Notes: generated by a model not told the origin, from the sequence alone. DNA of 63,377 nucleotides, filler included, from Octopus bimaculoides (GCF_001194135.2; 5 parts of 5 records of this genome joined end to end with filler, not necessarily neighbours in it); one strand, 5' to 3'. Shown: positions 26,574 through 40,796, numbered from the whole stretch's first letter. Translations and numbers: made by a program.

Positions 26574-26579
<6 letters not shown>
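26359..26579. repeat. Palindrome with no loop, flanked by (TA)n
   Basis: Perfect 56-bp core at 26439-26494 centred on GATATC; arms ~108 and ~113 bp. Confidence 0.92.
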
Positions 26580-26617
<38 letters not shown>

Positions 26618-27849
26618 AGGTCACTCTCGGACGCTACTGGTCACATGTAACCCAGTACAAATTGTTGCATCGTCGGATCATCGGCGTCTAAACCAGGAAC
26701 CCCACCAAGTTTGCTTGGTGAGGAGCGTGATTGTCGGACACTGTAGGATGAAAAATAAAACCCGTCAAAGGGCGGACGAGCTCATGGGCAGTTAATAGCC
26801 ATCCAACAATATGCGTACATGTGTATGTAAGCATGTCTGTATGCGCAGGGACGTGGAAATACCTGGGTTAGTGTCCAGGCGCGCGGTTGGCCCACTGGGA
26901 GTGTGAAGCCTCTTTGTTGTTATCACAACATCCCTATAGGAGAGCTAAACTCTGAGAGAAAACCTACGACACTGACATGATGTAGACTAGTTCTTCTTTT
27001 CGAGTTCATATTGTCCATGTTCAGAGAATAGGATTGGATTTGTGCAAATCATTTCCTCGCTATAAAAAAATCACTATGCACAGGAATCGCTTGAAAAAAG
27101 AGTAAGAGCTATCAAAAAAATGACTAGTCGAGTGTTCCAGCTGATTCCAACAACAGTCTGCTCGTGAAATTAATGTACAATTGGTTGATCACTCCACAGA
27201 TATACTTACTCTTAACGTAGTTCTCAGAGAGGTCCAGCGTGACGCAGTATATGACAAGGCTAACCCATTGAAATACGGGCACAACTCATTTTTGCCAGTT
27301 GAGTGGACTGGAGTAACGAGAAATAAAGTATCTTGCTCAAGGACAAAACGCGTCACCAGGTATCGAACTCACAGCCGTTCGATCGTGAACCCCGAATATC
27401 ACCAGCCTTCTCAAGTAATGTGCCTATATATACGCACGCACGTATTTACATGCACATACGCACATACAAAGTTATAGAGGGCGCCGAAGGATTGGTTGAA
27501 TCATTAGAACGTGTGTTGACCCATAAGTGATTTAATATGAGGAAATATATAAAATATTATTTTGTTGAGATTGTTATATGACAATGGAACATTTATTTTA
27601 AAATGCATGTTAATCAATGATAAATGGTTAATAAAATTTCATTTCATACTTATATTTGATTCCGTTTTGAACCACTTATTACTATCAGACTTTTGCAAAT
27701 ACCATCTTTGTGTGTTTGTGTCTATGTATGTATGTATGTATGTATGTCCTGGGTATAACGTCAAACTGCATCCAGTATTGAACTCCGGTTTAGGATTTCT
27801 GCGGTAGTAGGGAGCGTTGAGTCACCCCTGAATTATCATTACTTCTAGG

Positions 27850-29010
27850 TCCATTCTTATCTGTCAGAGTCCCATCCATGATTTAAATAGATCTTCCAGT
27901 TATAGTGGATTCTCTCGCTATCTTTGACGTAGCTGTGGGGAAGGCAGCTCTTCTAGGAGAAAGATACATAAATCTTGCAGTTAAAAATAGTACCAGTCAT
28001 TTTGCAATGCTTGTTACTGTAACCCACGATGGTGACCAAGAGAGTGGTAAAAGCGTTGTACAAGCTTTTGTAACTTCAATCGACTGGATTGCAGGAAGTA
28101 GAACTAAAGTGTAAAAGTGAATTATTAAGAAACGCGAAAATACAGAGAATGATATTTCAGGGAAACTCCACCTCTCCATTACTTTTCGACATTGTACAAA
28201 TTCTTCTGACAAGCATATTAATAATATCCAGGCCTGCCTGTGGGCTTGCTAAAACTAGCACGAAAAATAAATCATCTATATATGGATGACCTTAAAGTAT
28301 ATATAAAAATTAAAAAGAGCTGGATTCTCCTCTCTTATTAAAGCTGTTCTTAAGCGGGGTTCATATATGATTTTTGGCGTCCACTTAACAAAATAGTAAT
28401 TTGGAGATCCACGATAGTGGATCCATAAGGGTGAAAAACTTTTGCTTTATATGTATGTATTGGTATGTACTGCCAGAAACAGCTAGGTTTCCTTTTCTAA
28501 CATTTTACATAGTTCAACCTGCACGAGTTAATGTGTGAAAAGCAAAATAGGAGTTTTGAAAGAAGTATCTATAAAACTAGTTTTTAAACACCGAATGACT
28601 ATAGAGGCCCACCAGAATAAAATAGTAATCAAAGGGGTCCATAAATATAAAATGGTTGAGAAATCCTGCTTTAAACAGTAAGAATACTTAGCAAGATAAT
28701 TCGTATGCAGTTTGGGGCGAATAAGTGCACAGTTTTAATTATGAAGCGAAGTCGAAAGATTAAATCTGAGGACATGAAAATACTACAAGATGATTCGATT
28801 AGATGGCTGAGAGAGAATGAAGGATATAATCACCTAAAGATACTGCAGTATCGTAAAGTAAGGGAAAGGGAAATGAGAGAGAGAGGGAGAAAGAGAGAGA
28901 GAGAGAGAGAGAGTGAGAGAGATAGAGAGAGAGAGAGAGAATCCCCAAATGGTTCGAGAGAATCAGGAGCGTGCTTGAAACAGGACCTAAGGTAATGTCG
29001 TGAAGGCAGC
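27850..29010 (+). mobile_element. Highly decayed R4/Dong-like RT fragment split by a hAT-like MITE
   Basis: IFQGNSTSPLLF and YMDDLKVY on one side; TVRIL...MQFGANKCTVLIMKR resumes after the insertion. Confidence 0.7.
28341..28668. mobile_element. hAT-like non-autonomous element (MITE)
   Basis: Right end ggttgagaaatcctg and a degenerate left end aagctgttcttaagc, typical of CAG..TTCTCAACC termini. Interrupts the LINE; internal sequence recurs at about 19385-19545. Confidence 0.6.
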
Positions 29011-30182
29011 TTATATGTTAGACTAACGAGGTTAGATTTGTTGAGATACTTTGCTTCTTTTTTAAAAGTGCACGAGGACAGAGCTACAGTGATTGGTTGA
29101 AACTTGAACACATGATTCATGATGCAGTACTTGACTAATACTTTATTTTATCGACCGCGAAAGAATGAAAAGCAAATTTGACTCAGACGGAATTTGAACG
29201 CAGAAGGTAAGGGCCCGGAAAAATATTGCATACCATTTCTTACGATGTTCTAACAATTCTGATAATAATAATAATAACAACAGCAACAACAACAACAACA
29301 ATAATAATTATAATTATAATAATAATGATTATAATAATAATAATAATAATAATAATAACATTCCCTTTTGAAATTTTGAGAGACGAAACTCATCGATTAC
29401 TTATTGGTACTTGACTCCGAAAAGATGAAGAGCAAAATCGACCACAGCGGAATTTGAACTCAGAACGTAAGGGCTGCTAAACATTTTGTGTGGTAACGAT
29501 TCTGCCAACTCGCCGCCTGAACCACCACAACAACAAACCTTTCTGCTATAGGCACAGAGATCGTCGATTAGTTTAACACCGGTACTTGACAGGTTGTTAT
29601 TTTATCGACCCCTAGAGGATGAAATGCAAAAATCGACCTTAGCAGAATTTGAACAGAGAACGTAAAGACGGAATAAATGTCGCTAAGTATTTTGTTCGAC
29701 GGGCTAACGATCCTGCCAGCTCGCTGAATAATGGATATGTAGGCTCTATTGTTTCATTAGGTAGCTACAGTGAGTCTAGTAAGCTAACAGCAATGCATTC
29801 ATACTACTGTCTCTGAACTTTGTGGTTTTTAATAAGTCAGTTTTTGTGTGTCCCCAACGTCCTTCCGTATTTCTTCCTTTCTTTTACAATAGTCTTCAGC
29901 TGTTTTGTCGTGTCATTGACTTCAATGGATGTCACCTCCCCCATCACTTATTTCTCCTTCCCTTTCCTCATGAACCAATCTACATCTCATTTATTCCTAC
30001 AGACACTTCACTCCTACCCTGTCTGCCTACCTACCTGCCTGCCTGCCTGCATACGCATACTCACTACAAACACACAAGCACATATATGTAATGTATGTAT
30101 CCATGTATGTGTATGTATGTATGTATGTATGTATGTACGTATGTATGTATGTATGTATGTGTATATATATGCTTGTGTGTAC

Positions 30183-30268
<86 letters not shown>

Positions 30269-30997
30269 TTATGTATATGTATATATGTATGTATATATGT
30301 ATGTATATATATGTATATATATATATGTATATACATATGTACACATATATAGGGATATATGCATACGCTATGTGTGTGTGTGTGTGTGTTTAGCATTCTA
30401 CCATTTATTGGTTTTCTTTCTATTCTCTTCCATCATCGATGGTGACTATTGTATTGAGTCATGTAGGTTGTGTAGATTATGTGTGGGTTTGAGAGAAAGA
30501 AGAGACAGACAGAGACAGACAGACAGACAGAGAAAATATAAATAAAGTGAGATTAGGTGTGGTGAGAGAGAGAGAGACAAGAGAGTGAGTGAGAGAGAAA
30601 GAGGGAGATAAAAAATCTAGAGTGCAGTAAAGAAGAAAGATGTCTCGGGGAAAGTGAAAGTAAGAAAAATAGGGATGGAGAGGGAAGTTTGAATGGAAAT
30701 TGAGACGTGGGGTAGATAAGATAGGGGAGGAGGAGTAAAATGTGGGATAATGGGGATAGATAGATAGATAAAGAGAGAGAAAGAGAGAGGAGGAGGGTGT
30801 AGTGACAATATAAGACTTTAGAATGTGGACGGAAAGAAAGAGAGGGAGGGAAATAGAGAGGTAAGTTGATGAAAATAGCAAGAGATAGAAAAATAAGTGA
30901 TTGAAATATAAGTGTAAAGCATAAAGAGAGTGGTTATAAGAAAAAATACGAAGGGAGGAAGAGGAAAAACACACAAAGAAAGAGGGGGAATGAGAGG

Positions 30998-31033
<36 letters not shown>

Positions 31034-32145
31034 TAGAGCGATAGAGAGTGAGAGATGCGAGAGCCGAGGAAATTGAAAATCTCGGTGTAGTCAGCTAGTA
31101 ACATGGACTTGTGAAATGTCCAGCAGGAAAAATACCAGAGAACAGCACATGTTTGTTTATTCACGTTGTTCACACGAAACGTTTGGAGGATAGAGGTGAC
31201 GAGAGTCAGTAGATGCGACTTCATCAACCATACAAGCACTTTGAATGTTTCAAGAGTCCAATGCGGCGAACAGGCGGAATCGTTAGCAAGCCTGCTGAAC
31301 ACTTAGCGGCATTCCGTCCGTCTTTACTTTCTGAGTTCAAATTTCGCTAAGGTCAATTTTGTCTTTCATCCTATCGAAGTCGAGAAAATAAGTACCAATC
31401 GAGCGCTGCGGTTGATGTAATCGACTTATCTCCATTCCGAAATTGCTGGTCTTGTGCCAAAATTTGAAACCAGTATTTCAAGAGTTCTTCGGAACAGGGA
31501 CAACTGAAGAAAGGAAATATTCTTTATGTTGCATGTCTCGTTGTTCGAAAAAAAGTTCGTTTTCTTTGTTTTCGTCTTTATGTTTTCGTTTCTCATTGTG
31601 TTTAACGTTTTTTGTGATGTCCTGTACCCATATATGCACGTATGTATACATATAGATGGAGGTATGTACATATATGTATGGATATATGCATATATTTATA
31701 TATTATTTATGTTATATATATATATATATATATATATNNNNNNNNNNNNNNNNNNNNNNNNNNNNNNNNNNNNNNNNNNNNNNNNNNNNNNNNNNNNNNN
31801 NNNNNNNNNNNNNNNNNNNNNNNNNNNNNNNNNNNNNNNNNNNNNNNNNNNNNNNNNNNNNNNNNNNNNNNNNNNNNNNNNNNNNNNNNNNNNNNNNNNN
31901 NNNNNNNNNNNNNNNNNNNNNNNNNNNNNNNNNNNNNNNNNNNNNNNNNNNNNNNNNNNNNNNNNNNNNNNNNNNNNNNNNNNNNNNNNNNNNNNNNNNN
32001 NNNNNNNNNNNNNNNNNNNNNNNNNNNNNNNTCCCACTGCTGCTTAGCACTTTGGGCAAGTGTTTTTTACTATAACCTCTCGCTTGCCAAAGACTTTTGA
32101 GTGGATTTGATACAGGGAAACTGAAAGAAACCCGTCACATGTGTA

Positions 32146-32193
<48 letters not shown>

Positions 32194-32574
32194 ATAAACT
32201 AAAAAGAAAGACAAGTGAACAATTGGTGTCGGGTCAGATAATATATCTATACAATATACAGAGAGAAGCTAATGCGTAATGGAGTTTTAATTACAAGCGA
32301 TCAGTAAAAGTTCCACTAGGGAATGTTCATAAAGGCTGTGATATATTCTGGTATATTCTAGGAATATTTATACGGCAAGTCTATTGCTTTGATACGACAC
32401 ATTTCCGTAGGTATAAGATCATCACTGGTAACGCCGTAAAACTGAAAAAGAAGGCGTGTACTAATTGTATGTACCTGTTATCTTACGCCATCAGACATAA
32501 TATTATCCGCAATGCATACATACACGCATACACACATACACGCATACACACATACATACATACATACATGCATA

Positions 32575-32755
32575 CATGGTGGTTGTCTACTCCTTAAACA
32601 GAGTTTGACCACCTCCTGCACCTACACCTTAGCCCTTTCATGGCGTCTTATGTGGCTTTTTAAACCAGACAGTGTTTTGAAAAAGCACCCACACAGATTG
32701 CACCTCTGATTTGCACTACCAATACCTGCAAGTAAGTTCTGCTCATTGTGGATCC
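32575..32755 (-). mobile_element. 3' end of a LINE (probably RTE-like) with a terminal C2H2 finger
   Basis: CNLCGCFFKTLSGLKSHIRRH, a stop, a short UTR and a (TGTA)n tail; a single finger with no splice context. Confidence 0.5.
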
Positions 32756-32811
32756 TAACATGCATACATACATACATACATACATACATACATACATACA
32801 TACACACACAC

Positions 32812-32844
<33 letters not shown>

Positions 32845-33033
32845 CACATCCGTACTTGAGCCGCTATACCTTTTTCTATTTTCTCTCCCTGTTTATTTCT
32901 GTGTTCCTTTCTGTCCAAGAGCGCATACTCGAAACGGAAAAGACTTTCTCACTTCCCAAGCGTTAAACTAAGACATCCGTTTGTTATTTACACACCCGTC
33001 TTTCTCTTTTGTTGTTTTTTTTGTAAATTCTCA

Positions 33034-33073
<40 letters not shown>

Positions 33074-33186
33074 TTTTGGGATTTGGTCTGCAAGATTCTT
33101 TATGTGAGTTCGTGTGTTGAAGCATATTTTGTTGTGTCTAAGAAGAGTCATTTTCTTTTAGTGCCTTTTTATTTAACACACTCTTG

Positions 33187-33467
33187 TGGAGGCGCAATGG
33201 CCCAGTGGTTAGGGCAGCGGACTCGCGGTCATAGGATCGCGGTTTCGATTCCCAGACCGGGCGTTGTGAGTGTTTATTGAGCGAAAACACCTAAAGCTCC
33301 ACGAGGCTCCGGCAGGGGATGTTGGCGAACCCTGCTGTACTCTTTCACCGCTCACTCTTACTTCCTGTTTCTGTTGTGCCTGTAATTCAAAGGGTCAGCC
33401 TTGTCACACTGTGTCACGCTGAATATCCCCGAGAACTACGTTATGAGTACACAAGTCTGTGGAGTGC
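33187..33467 (+). mobile_element. tRNA-derived SINE, family B
   Basis: TGGCCCAGTGGTT and GGTTTCGATTCC boxes; body matches 1619-1956. Confidence 0.85.
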
Positions 33468-34009
33468 ATACAGACAGCAATTTTGAGGGGAGTGGAAGTC
33501 ACCTGGATCGACCTCAACTGGTACTTATTTTATCGACTCTGAAAGGATAAAAGGCAAAGCCAACTTCGGCGAAATTTGAACTCAGAACCAAAAGCCGGAA
33601 GAAATGCCGTTAAGCATTTTGTCCGGTGTTCTAACAATTCTGCCAGTGCGCATAGTAATGATGGCGAATAGGAAGAGTATTTAGAATGCGTTGCAATATT
33701 AGTTTCAAATCTCTACTCTCAATGTTCGCTGAGTTCAGCCTTTTCTTTCAGCTATTCGGGGTCGATAAAAACAAAATACGATAACAATCCAGATCATTGG
33801 ATTGGCAGAACTATAAGGAAGGCGCACCGGGTACCTTATGGTAGCTGTACCTTCAATGGAATTCGCTCTATCGCAAGCATTCAGAACACGTCTTCGGTTA
33901 GAGTATACCTAGTTATTTCTCACTCACCATCCTGGGAGGCCTCGTAACGTATCATAGAACTCCCTTCTCTTCTGATGATAAGATGATAGTTATATGATAT
34001 TGGTTTCAA

Positions 34010-34642
34010 ATTTTGGCATAAGGTAAGTCGATTATATCGACTCTAGTGTTCAGCTAATACTTATTTTATGGACCTAGAAAGGGATGAAAGGCAAAGTCTA
34101 CCTCAGCAAAATTTGAACTCAGAATGTAAAAACGGACGAAATACCGCGAAGCATTTTGTCCAGCGTGGCAATGATTCTGCTAGATCGCAGCTTTAGTCTT
34201 GATTAATATTGGTTTGAAATGTTAGACAAGGTCAGCAATTTTGGGGGTGGGACTTAGTCGATTACATCGACCCTAGTGTTCAACTGATACTTATTTTATC
34301 AACCCTGAAAGGATGAAAAGCAAAGTGGACCGCGGCGGAATTTGAACTCAGAACATAAAGACAGGAGGAATTTGCCGCGGCGTGCTAATGATACTGCCAG
34401 CTCACCGCCTCAGTCTTCACTAATTTTGGTTTCAAATTTTGGTACAAAGCCAGCAATTTAGGGAGAAGTACCAAGTCGTTTACATCAATCTCAGGGCTCA
34501 ACTGGTACATATTTTATCGGCCCTGAAAGGATGAAAGCAAAGGTCGACATCGGAGGAATTGGAAGTCAGAACGTAAAGACGGGCGAAATGCCGCGAAGCA
34601 TTTTACCCAATGTCCTAATGATTCTTCTAGCTCGCCGCCTTA
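34010..34642 (-). mobile_element. Three head-to-tail family A SINEs
   Basis: Three ~200-bp units separated by 10-20 bp spacers (agtcttgattaatat, agtcttcactaatt). Confidence 0.8.
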
Positions 34643-35606
34643 GACACCACAGTAATATTGAAAACTGTATTTCTGTACTTATGTTTTATGTTTCACCATT
34701 CTGTTTAGTCTAACGCCGTCAACAATAAAAATGGCAAAAATAATAATTTCTTAGAAAGTAGTACATTTTGAGGATATGTTATTGTTAGTAAAATCTATCT
34801 TACCATGCTACTTCACTTGCACTTATGATTTTGGCTGGAATTCACAGAAAATAAACAAAAGAAAAACGAAGTTGTAGGCGGTAGAAGGGCGTTCATCTTA
34901 GAATCACATGCTTCCTCACCACTGTGTGGCACCGTGGCTTTCTTCTATAGATTCGGGTCGACCAAAGCCTTGTGAGTGGATTTGGTAGACGGAAATTAAA
35001 AGAAGTTCGTTGTATATATGTATATATTTATGCGTGTGTGTGTTCCATTGTGTCTGTTTATGTCCTTCACCCCACCATCGCTTGACAGCCAATGTCGGTG
35101 CGTTTACGTCCACGTAGTTTAGCGGTTCGGCACATGAGACCGATAGAATAAGCACTAGACTTACATAGAATAAATCCTAGGGTCGATTTCTCCGACTAAA
35201 AAGCCTTTAAAGGCGGTGCTGCAGCATAGCTGTAGTCAAATGACCGAAACAAGTAGAAGAGTATACTGTGAAGCATTCGATCCAATGATCTTCCGATTCA
35301 CTAGTCCACCGCCCTAACATTACTACAACCATCGCTACAATTACAGTCACTAGTAACACTGCCAACAATAAATGCAAATCGAAGAAGTCTCTCCGTGGTC
35401 GCTCGACTTGCTAAAAATAACCGCTAAGATTCCCTCATATCACATTCAGCCGTCTTAGGAATTGAATGCTGGGTAATTTTAAGCTCAGTTTTCTGTACAC
35501 GGGAAAAATATGAGATAGCTACAGCATTCCAAACATGACCATCTCTTAATTTTTATGTGTCCTTCAATCATAGGTTTACTCCCTCAGGACTACACAAGGA
35601 CTAAGC

Positions 35607-35669
<63 letters not shown>

Positions 35670-37094
35670 AACAACAACAACAAGAAGTTTATTTAATAAT
35701 AGCAAAAATATCAACTGAAACGATTGCAGTAAATCATGTAACTGTTTATTCATTTGTCAATGTTTGCAGCCGTTCTCCTGTCGTTATCCCCTACACTACA
35801 CCAATACGCGACTAATCTTCACATATACATACGCAAGCGCACGCAGTTCATATATATTATAAACATTCACCGATTCCTTTTCTTAGAACAAAACAAAATA
35901 ACAATAGAACATAACTCAACTTTCCCGCAGTGATCCGTCCTTTTGTCAACACTCTAATTCTTATTGCAGATGTTTTACTTACCGGGTTTGTATGGAACTG
36001 CGGTAAATCAGACCAGCAGATGTAAAACCGGAAACAAGTGTCTTAATCTAGCCGGCTGTATTTCCAGATTATTTTCTATCCCATAATTCAATTGGCAAGG
36101 AAATGACGTTGAGTGGCTGTGATGTCCAGAAAATGAGGAGTTGTATTATGACCATCGATTATAACATGTTTTTTTTTTTTTTTTAATTTTTGCACTGATT
36201 TATAACAATATCATGTCAGGAAGCAACAAATTTATTCTTGACCCTCTATATGAATATGGATGTGTGTGTATGTGTGTGTGTATTAGTATGACTGTCTGTC
36301 TCTATACATCAACTGCTTATTTACTCATGGACATATCTAAATGTACACTCAAACAAATACTCATATACATAAACATATATATATATAAACACACATATAC
36401 ATACACACACATCTGTATATTCATAAATACACACATACATACATATGTGTGTCTGTATGTATGTATATATAATTCCCCTATCACTCCTTTCTCTCTCTCT
36501 GTATATAGTATATAGTATGGATAATAGGAAGCTTTGTAAAATAGAATTAAGATTGTTTTAGGAAGTCGCAACAATGCATGTCTACCAAATTCACTCAATT
36601 CACTCGCAAAGTATTGAACACACTTTCCCAAGGTGTTGTGTAGTGTGAATGAATCCGAAACCTTGAGGTTGTAAAGCGAAATTCCTAACCACACAATCAA
36701 AACTGTGCTACATCTATAGCGTTTCGCCTATTCTGTATGCAATAGGAAAATGTAAACATCATTCCAACATACAGTATCATCATGGACAAAAGAACAAAAA
36801 AAAAAAAGAAAGAAAATCCAGCAAAAAGTTCAAACAAATAAAAGAGTACAGCTAGATCAGTTTCACTCAAGTGTATAAATTTTATCACGTATTTAGTTCT
36901 CTCTTTAACTGTTAACCGAAAAGTTGTTAATAAACACGCTATATCTAAGAGTTTAAATAAATGCATTAGATAACGCATTCTTTGCAGCCCTTTATTGTAA
37001 AGTATAACATTGGAGCAGACGATGAATATGCGCGGAGATATAGGACGCTGAAATCTCTTGGAGAATAAGGGTAAAATGGAAGACATTTACCTTG

Positions 37095-37545
37095 ATAAAA
37101 TATGTGCTGAAAACAAAGCTGGACAAGACTCTGTATGTTAGTCTTTTCAACAGCACAGTCCTAGCATCGCTCTTATCGCAAGAGGGACATGTGCTACTAC
37201 GAAGAGGAAAGAATATACATTAGTTACGACACAAAACGCCATGGAAAGATCCATGCTGGCAATATCATAACCGAATTAGGGGATTTATAAGCGAAGCGAA
37301 GTGAACAACGGGATCGCGGAATATCGAAAGAATAAGCTCTGTTGCGTTGGACATGTCACAAGGTCCATAGACAAAAGATCGATGGACCTATGTAGTTGCT
37401 GAGTGGTATCAAAGAGATCGGGAAAGACTACTCAGAAGCCCTTTACGACGATAGGAAGAAGATTTAACAAAACAATTTGGTCCAAGATGGAGAAGAATGG
37501 CGTAATCAAGAAAAAGGGAAAAGCGCAGTATGTCTAGCGTTGTAT
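37095..37545 (+). mobile_element. Decayed RTE-clade LINE 3' fragment
   Basis: LFNSTVL...TQNAMERSML...GHV...RW...EWYQRD..R..RRW pattern of the RTE ORF2 C-terminus. Confidence 0.7.
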
Positions 37546-38173
37546 AACAACACCCGATAGTCAGGCCGATGTAAGTGACTGGGGATAAAATAAATACACT
37601 GTCACATTACCTGATAACATGGATTTTTACGTGGCAGCAAGGTAGACTTTATGACATCACTTGATCTTCTAGAGATATCAAACACCAAACATAATAACCA
37701 CTTTAAACATGGAGGCATTGGTAACGTATAGTGTAGACTAGACAATGCATAGAAAGAATATGGTAACATGGTCATCACAGAAATGGACTTGATTCTAGTT
37801 ATACTCGGTCAGGGCCGATTTGGAAAAAACTAAAAATAACGTTATTAGTCTTTTATCAACATAGGAACAATTCTATGAATTATGCTGGGAGTAGGGCTCA
37901 AATATATACTCTAATACATCGACCCCAGAGAAAGGCCAAGTCGACACCATCGCAATATGAACGCAAGACGACAAAACTCAACTAAATATCGTAAGACATT
38001 ATGCGTAACAATCTCTCGCCCTTTACGTCACGCAATAATATTTTTTATAAAAACAAAATGGAATTTCTTTCCTACAAAATACGATTAAATGACAGACATA
38101 CGTATATATTCTTGAACTTATCTGTAATTACGAGGCATTAACACGTGTGCGTGCATGTGTGAAGGCACAAAGC

Positions 38174-38212
<39 letters not shown>

Positions 38213-38296
38213 GTGTGTATACATAAATATATGCATACATATATATTATATGTATATATTATATGTATACGCAGACACATAAACATATATATGCAT

Positions 38297-38343
<47 letters not shown>

Positions 38344-40051
38344 TATACATGCTTGTATGTACATGTATATATGTATATATAGGTATATGTATATGATTAC
38401 ATATATCAATATAGATAGAATAACAAATTCATATATATACATATACATGTATGTATGTGGTTGTGTACATGTGTGTGTATCTATAAACGTTTTTATACTC
38501 TTCTCTCATATACATTAATCACAAACTATGTATATATATATNNNNNNNNNNNNNNNNNNNNNNNNNNNNNNNNNNNNNNNNNNNNNNNNNNNNNNNNNNN
38601 NNNNNNNNNNNNNNNNNNNNNNNNNNNNNNNNNNNNNNNNNNNNNNNNNNNNNNNNNNNNNNNNNNNNNNNNNNNNNNNNNNNNNNNNNNNNNNNNNNNN
38701 NNNNNNNNNNNNNNNNNNNNNNNNNNNNNNNNNNNNNNNNNNNNNNTATATATATATATATAATATATTCGTATAGACTGAAATTGATGATTGAGTGTAT
38801 ACATGTTGGTTTATGTATAAGTAGGTGCGCTTGTATTTGTATTTATATGTTTATATATATATATATCTGTTTTGTATATTGGTCTCTGTGTGTTGTGTGT
38901 ATTAGTGTGTGTATGTGTGAGTGTCTGCCTGTGTGAGTCTGTGTGCATAGTAAATGCTCAAGAGAGTCTGCAGAAGTCACGAAAGTAAGTAGTTAGAACG
39001 AGAATTATGAAAATGATTCCGTATTTATCATATGTGTCTTCTCTTTTTAATATTTGTTAATAATCAGTATGAAAGTAAAATGGCGTAGAATACCGATAAG
39101 CTGAGGGGTATTTGGAGAAGATTTGTTGCCGAAGATTAATGTAGAATACTCAATAAAGAAATATATCAACACTCTTTCATCTGACAAAAATTACAAGGAA
39201 AAAAAACTCCCTGTTTTATGACATCATAACTTTGGAGCGAGGTCCAATAAACAATCAATAGCCGTTTCTGTGCTGTTTCATAGCGCCCTCTATCTTCTTT
39301 ACTAATAAGAACATCAGCTAACCCTTTGATCGTCTGCTTCATGTTGGAGAGCTATATTCATTGTATTCCCTTATTCAAAAGACACTTTTGCTTTAATATG
39401 AACACTGAATTTACATACGGTCTTTGAGGATAAAGTCGATGGGTCAGAACAGAATTTTTATGAGCTAACTATTATCGCTATTGATTAATATTGAAAATGT
39501 ATAGATGTATTTGTCAGTGTTCATATTGATCATATACTAGACACTATGTCACTATAAATATACAAAATATGCGGTGTGCATATATATATGTCTGCGTTGC
39601 TATTCATATATATATATATANNNNNNNNNNNNNNNNNNNNNNNNNNNNNNNNNNNNNNNNNNNNNNNNNNNNNNNNNNNNNNNNNNNNNNNNNNNNNNNN
39701 NNNNNNNNNNNNNNNNNNNNNNNNNNNNNNNNNNNNNNNNNNNNNNNNNNNNNNNNNNNNNNNNNNNNNNNNNNNNNNNNNNNNNNNNNNNNNNNNNNNN
39801 NNNNNNNNNNNNNNNNNNNNNNNNNNNNNNNNNNNNNNNNNNNNNNNNNNNNNNNNNNNNNNNNNNNNNNNNNNNNNNNNNNNNNNNNNNNNNNNNNNNN
39901 NNNNNNNNNNNNNNNNNNNNNNNNNNNNNNNNNNNNNNNNNNNNNNNNNNNNNNNNNNNNNNNNNNNNNNNNNNNNNNNNNNNNNNNNNNNNNNNNNNNN
40001 NNNNNNNNNNNNNNNNNNNNNNNNNNNNNNNNNNNNNNNNNNNNNNNNNNN

Positions 40052-40086
<35 letters not shown>

Positions 40087-40759
40087 TATATGGATATCTG
40101 TATGTAGAAGTGATTTATATGGTTATTAACTAGGAACATATATTACCAGCAATATCAATATAACACGATCTGATTAAATCTGCGGTGATTATAATTTCTA
40201 TAATCCACAGTTTATTAAACATCAACGTTATACAAGGAAATATAACTTTATTTTAATAATTCTGTCCTTCTATGAAATAGTCTCTGTCATGTCAATCATA
40301 ATCATCATGAGAATCAAGTAGATTATTTAGATGCGTGTCCGCTCTTCGTTGATTCTTATTCCAAGAATTCTAAATTACACTCCTTTGTGGTTAATAAATG
40401 TATTCTTAGAACCTTCCGATGAAATTGAAACAATCCATAATATAGCTGGAATCGACTCGTCATAAAATGTACTTAAGTTCACTTCAAAGACAATAACACC
40501 AAAAATTACAGGAACAATGAGAGTAACAAGGGTGGCGGTGCGATGGGGCTGTTTTAGGAATACAGTCAGTGAAGTCGATAATAAACCATAAGACCAGTGT
40601 TGTACAATTACATTTGAATGTTAAGAAACTTCATTAGAATAGATTTTCTATTTCTGTCGACTGAAAAAAGAATGTGGTACGTAGCTTTCATAATCATGTG
40701 TTCGAACTTCCCACTTATTCTCACTCTGTCTCTTTCTCATCGCTTCCCTCTCTTTCAAG

Positions 40760-40796
<37 letters not shown>

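Noticed and set aside
32622-32720. C2H2 zinc-finger gene of the octopus expansion
   Set aside because: A single finger without TGEKP linkers or splice sites, followed by a short UTR and tandem tail; fits a LINE C-terminus better.
35970-36002. Candidate upstream kinase micro-exon (VLLTGFVWNC between ttattgcAG and GTaaat)
   Set aside because: Too short and without recognisable similarity; cannot be supported without transcripts.
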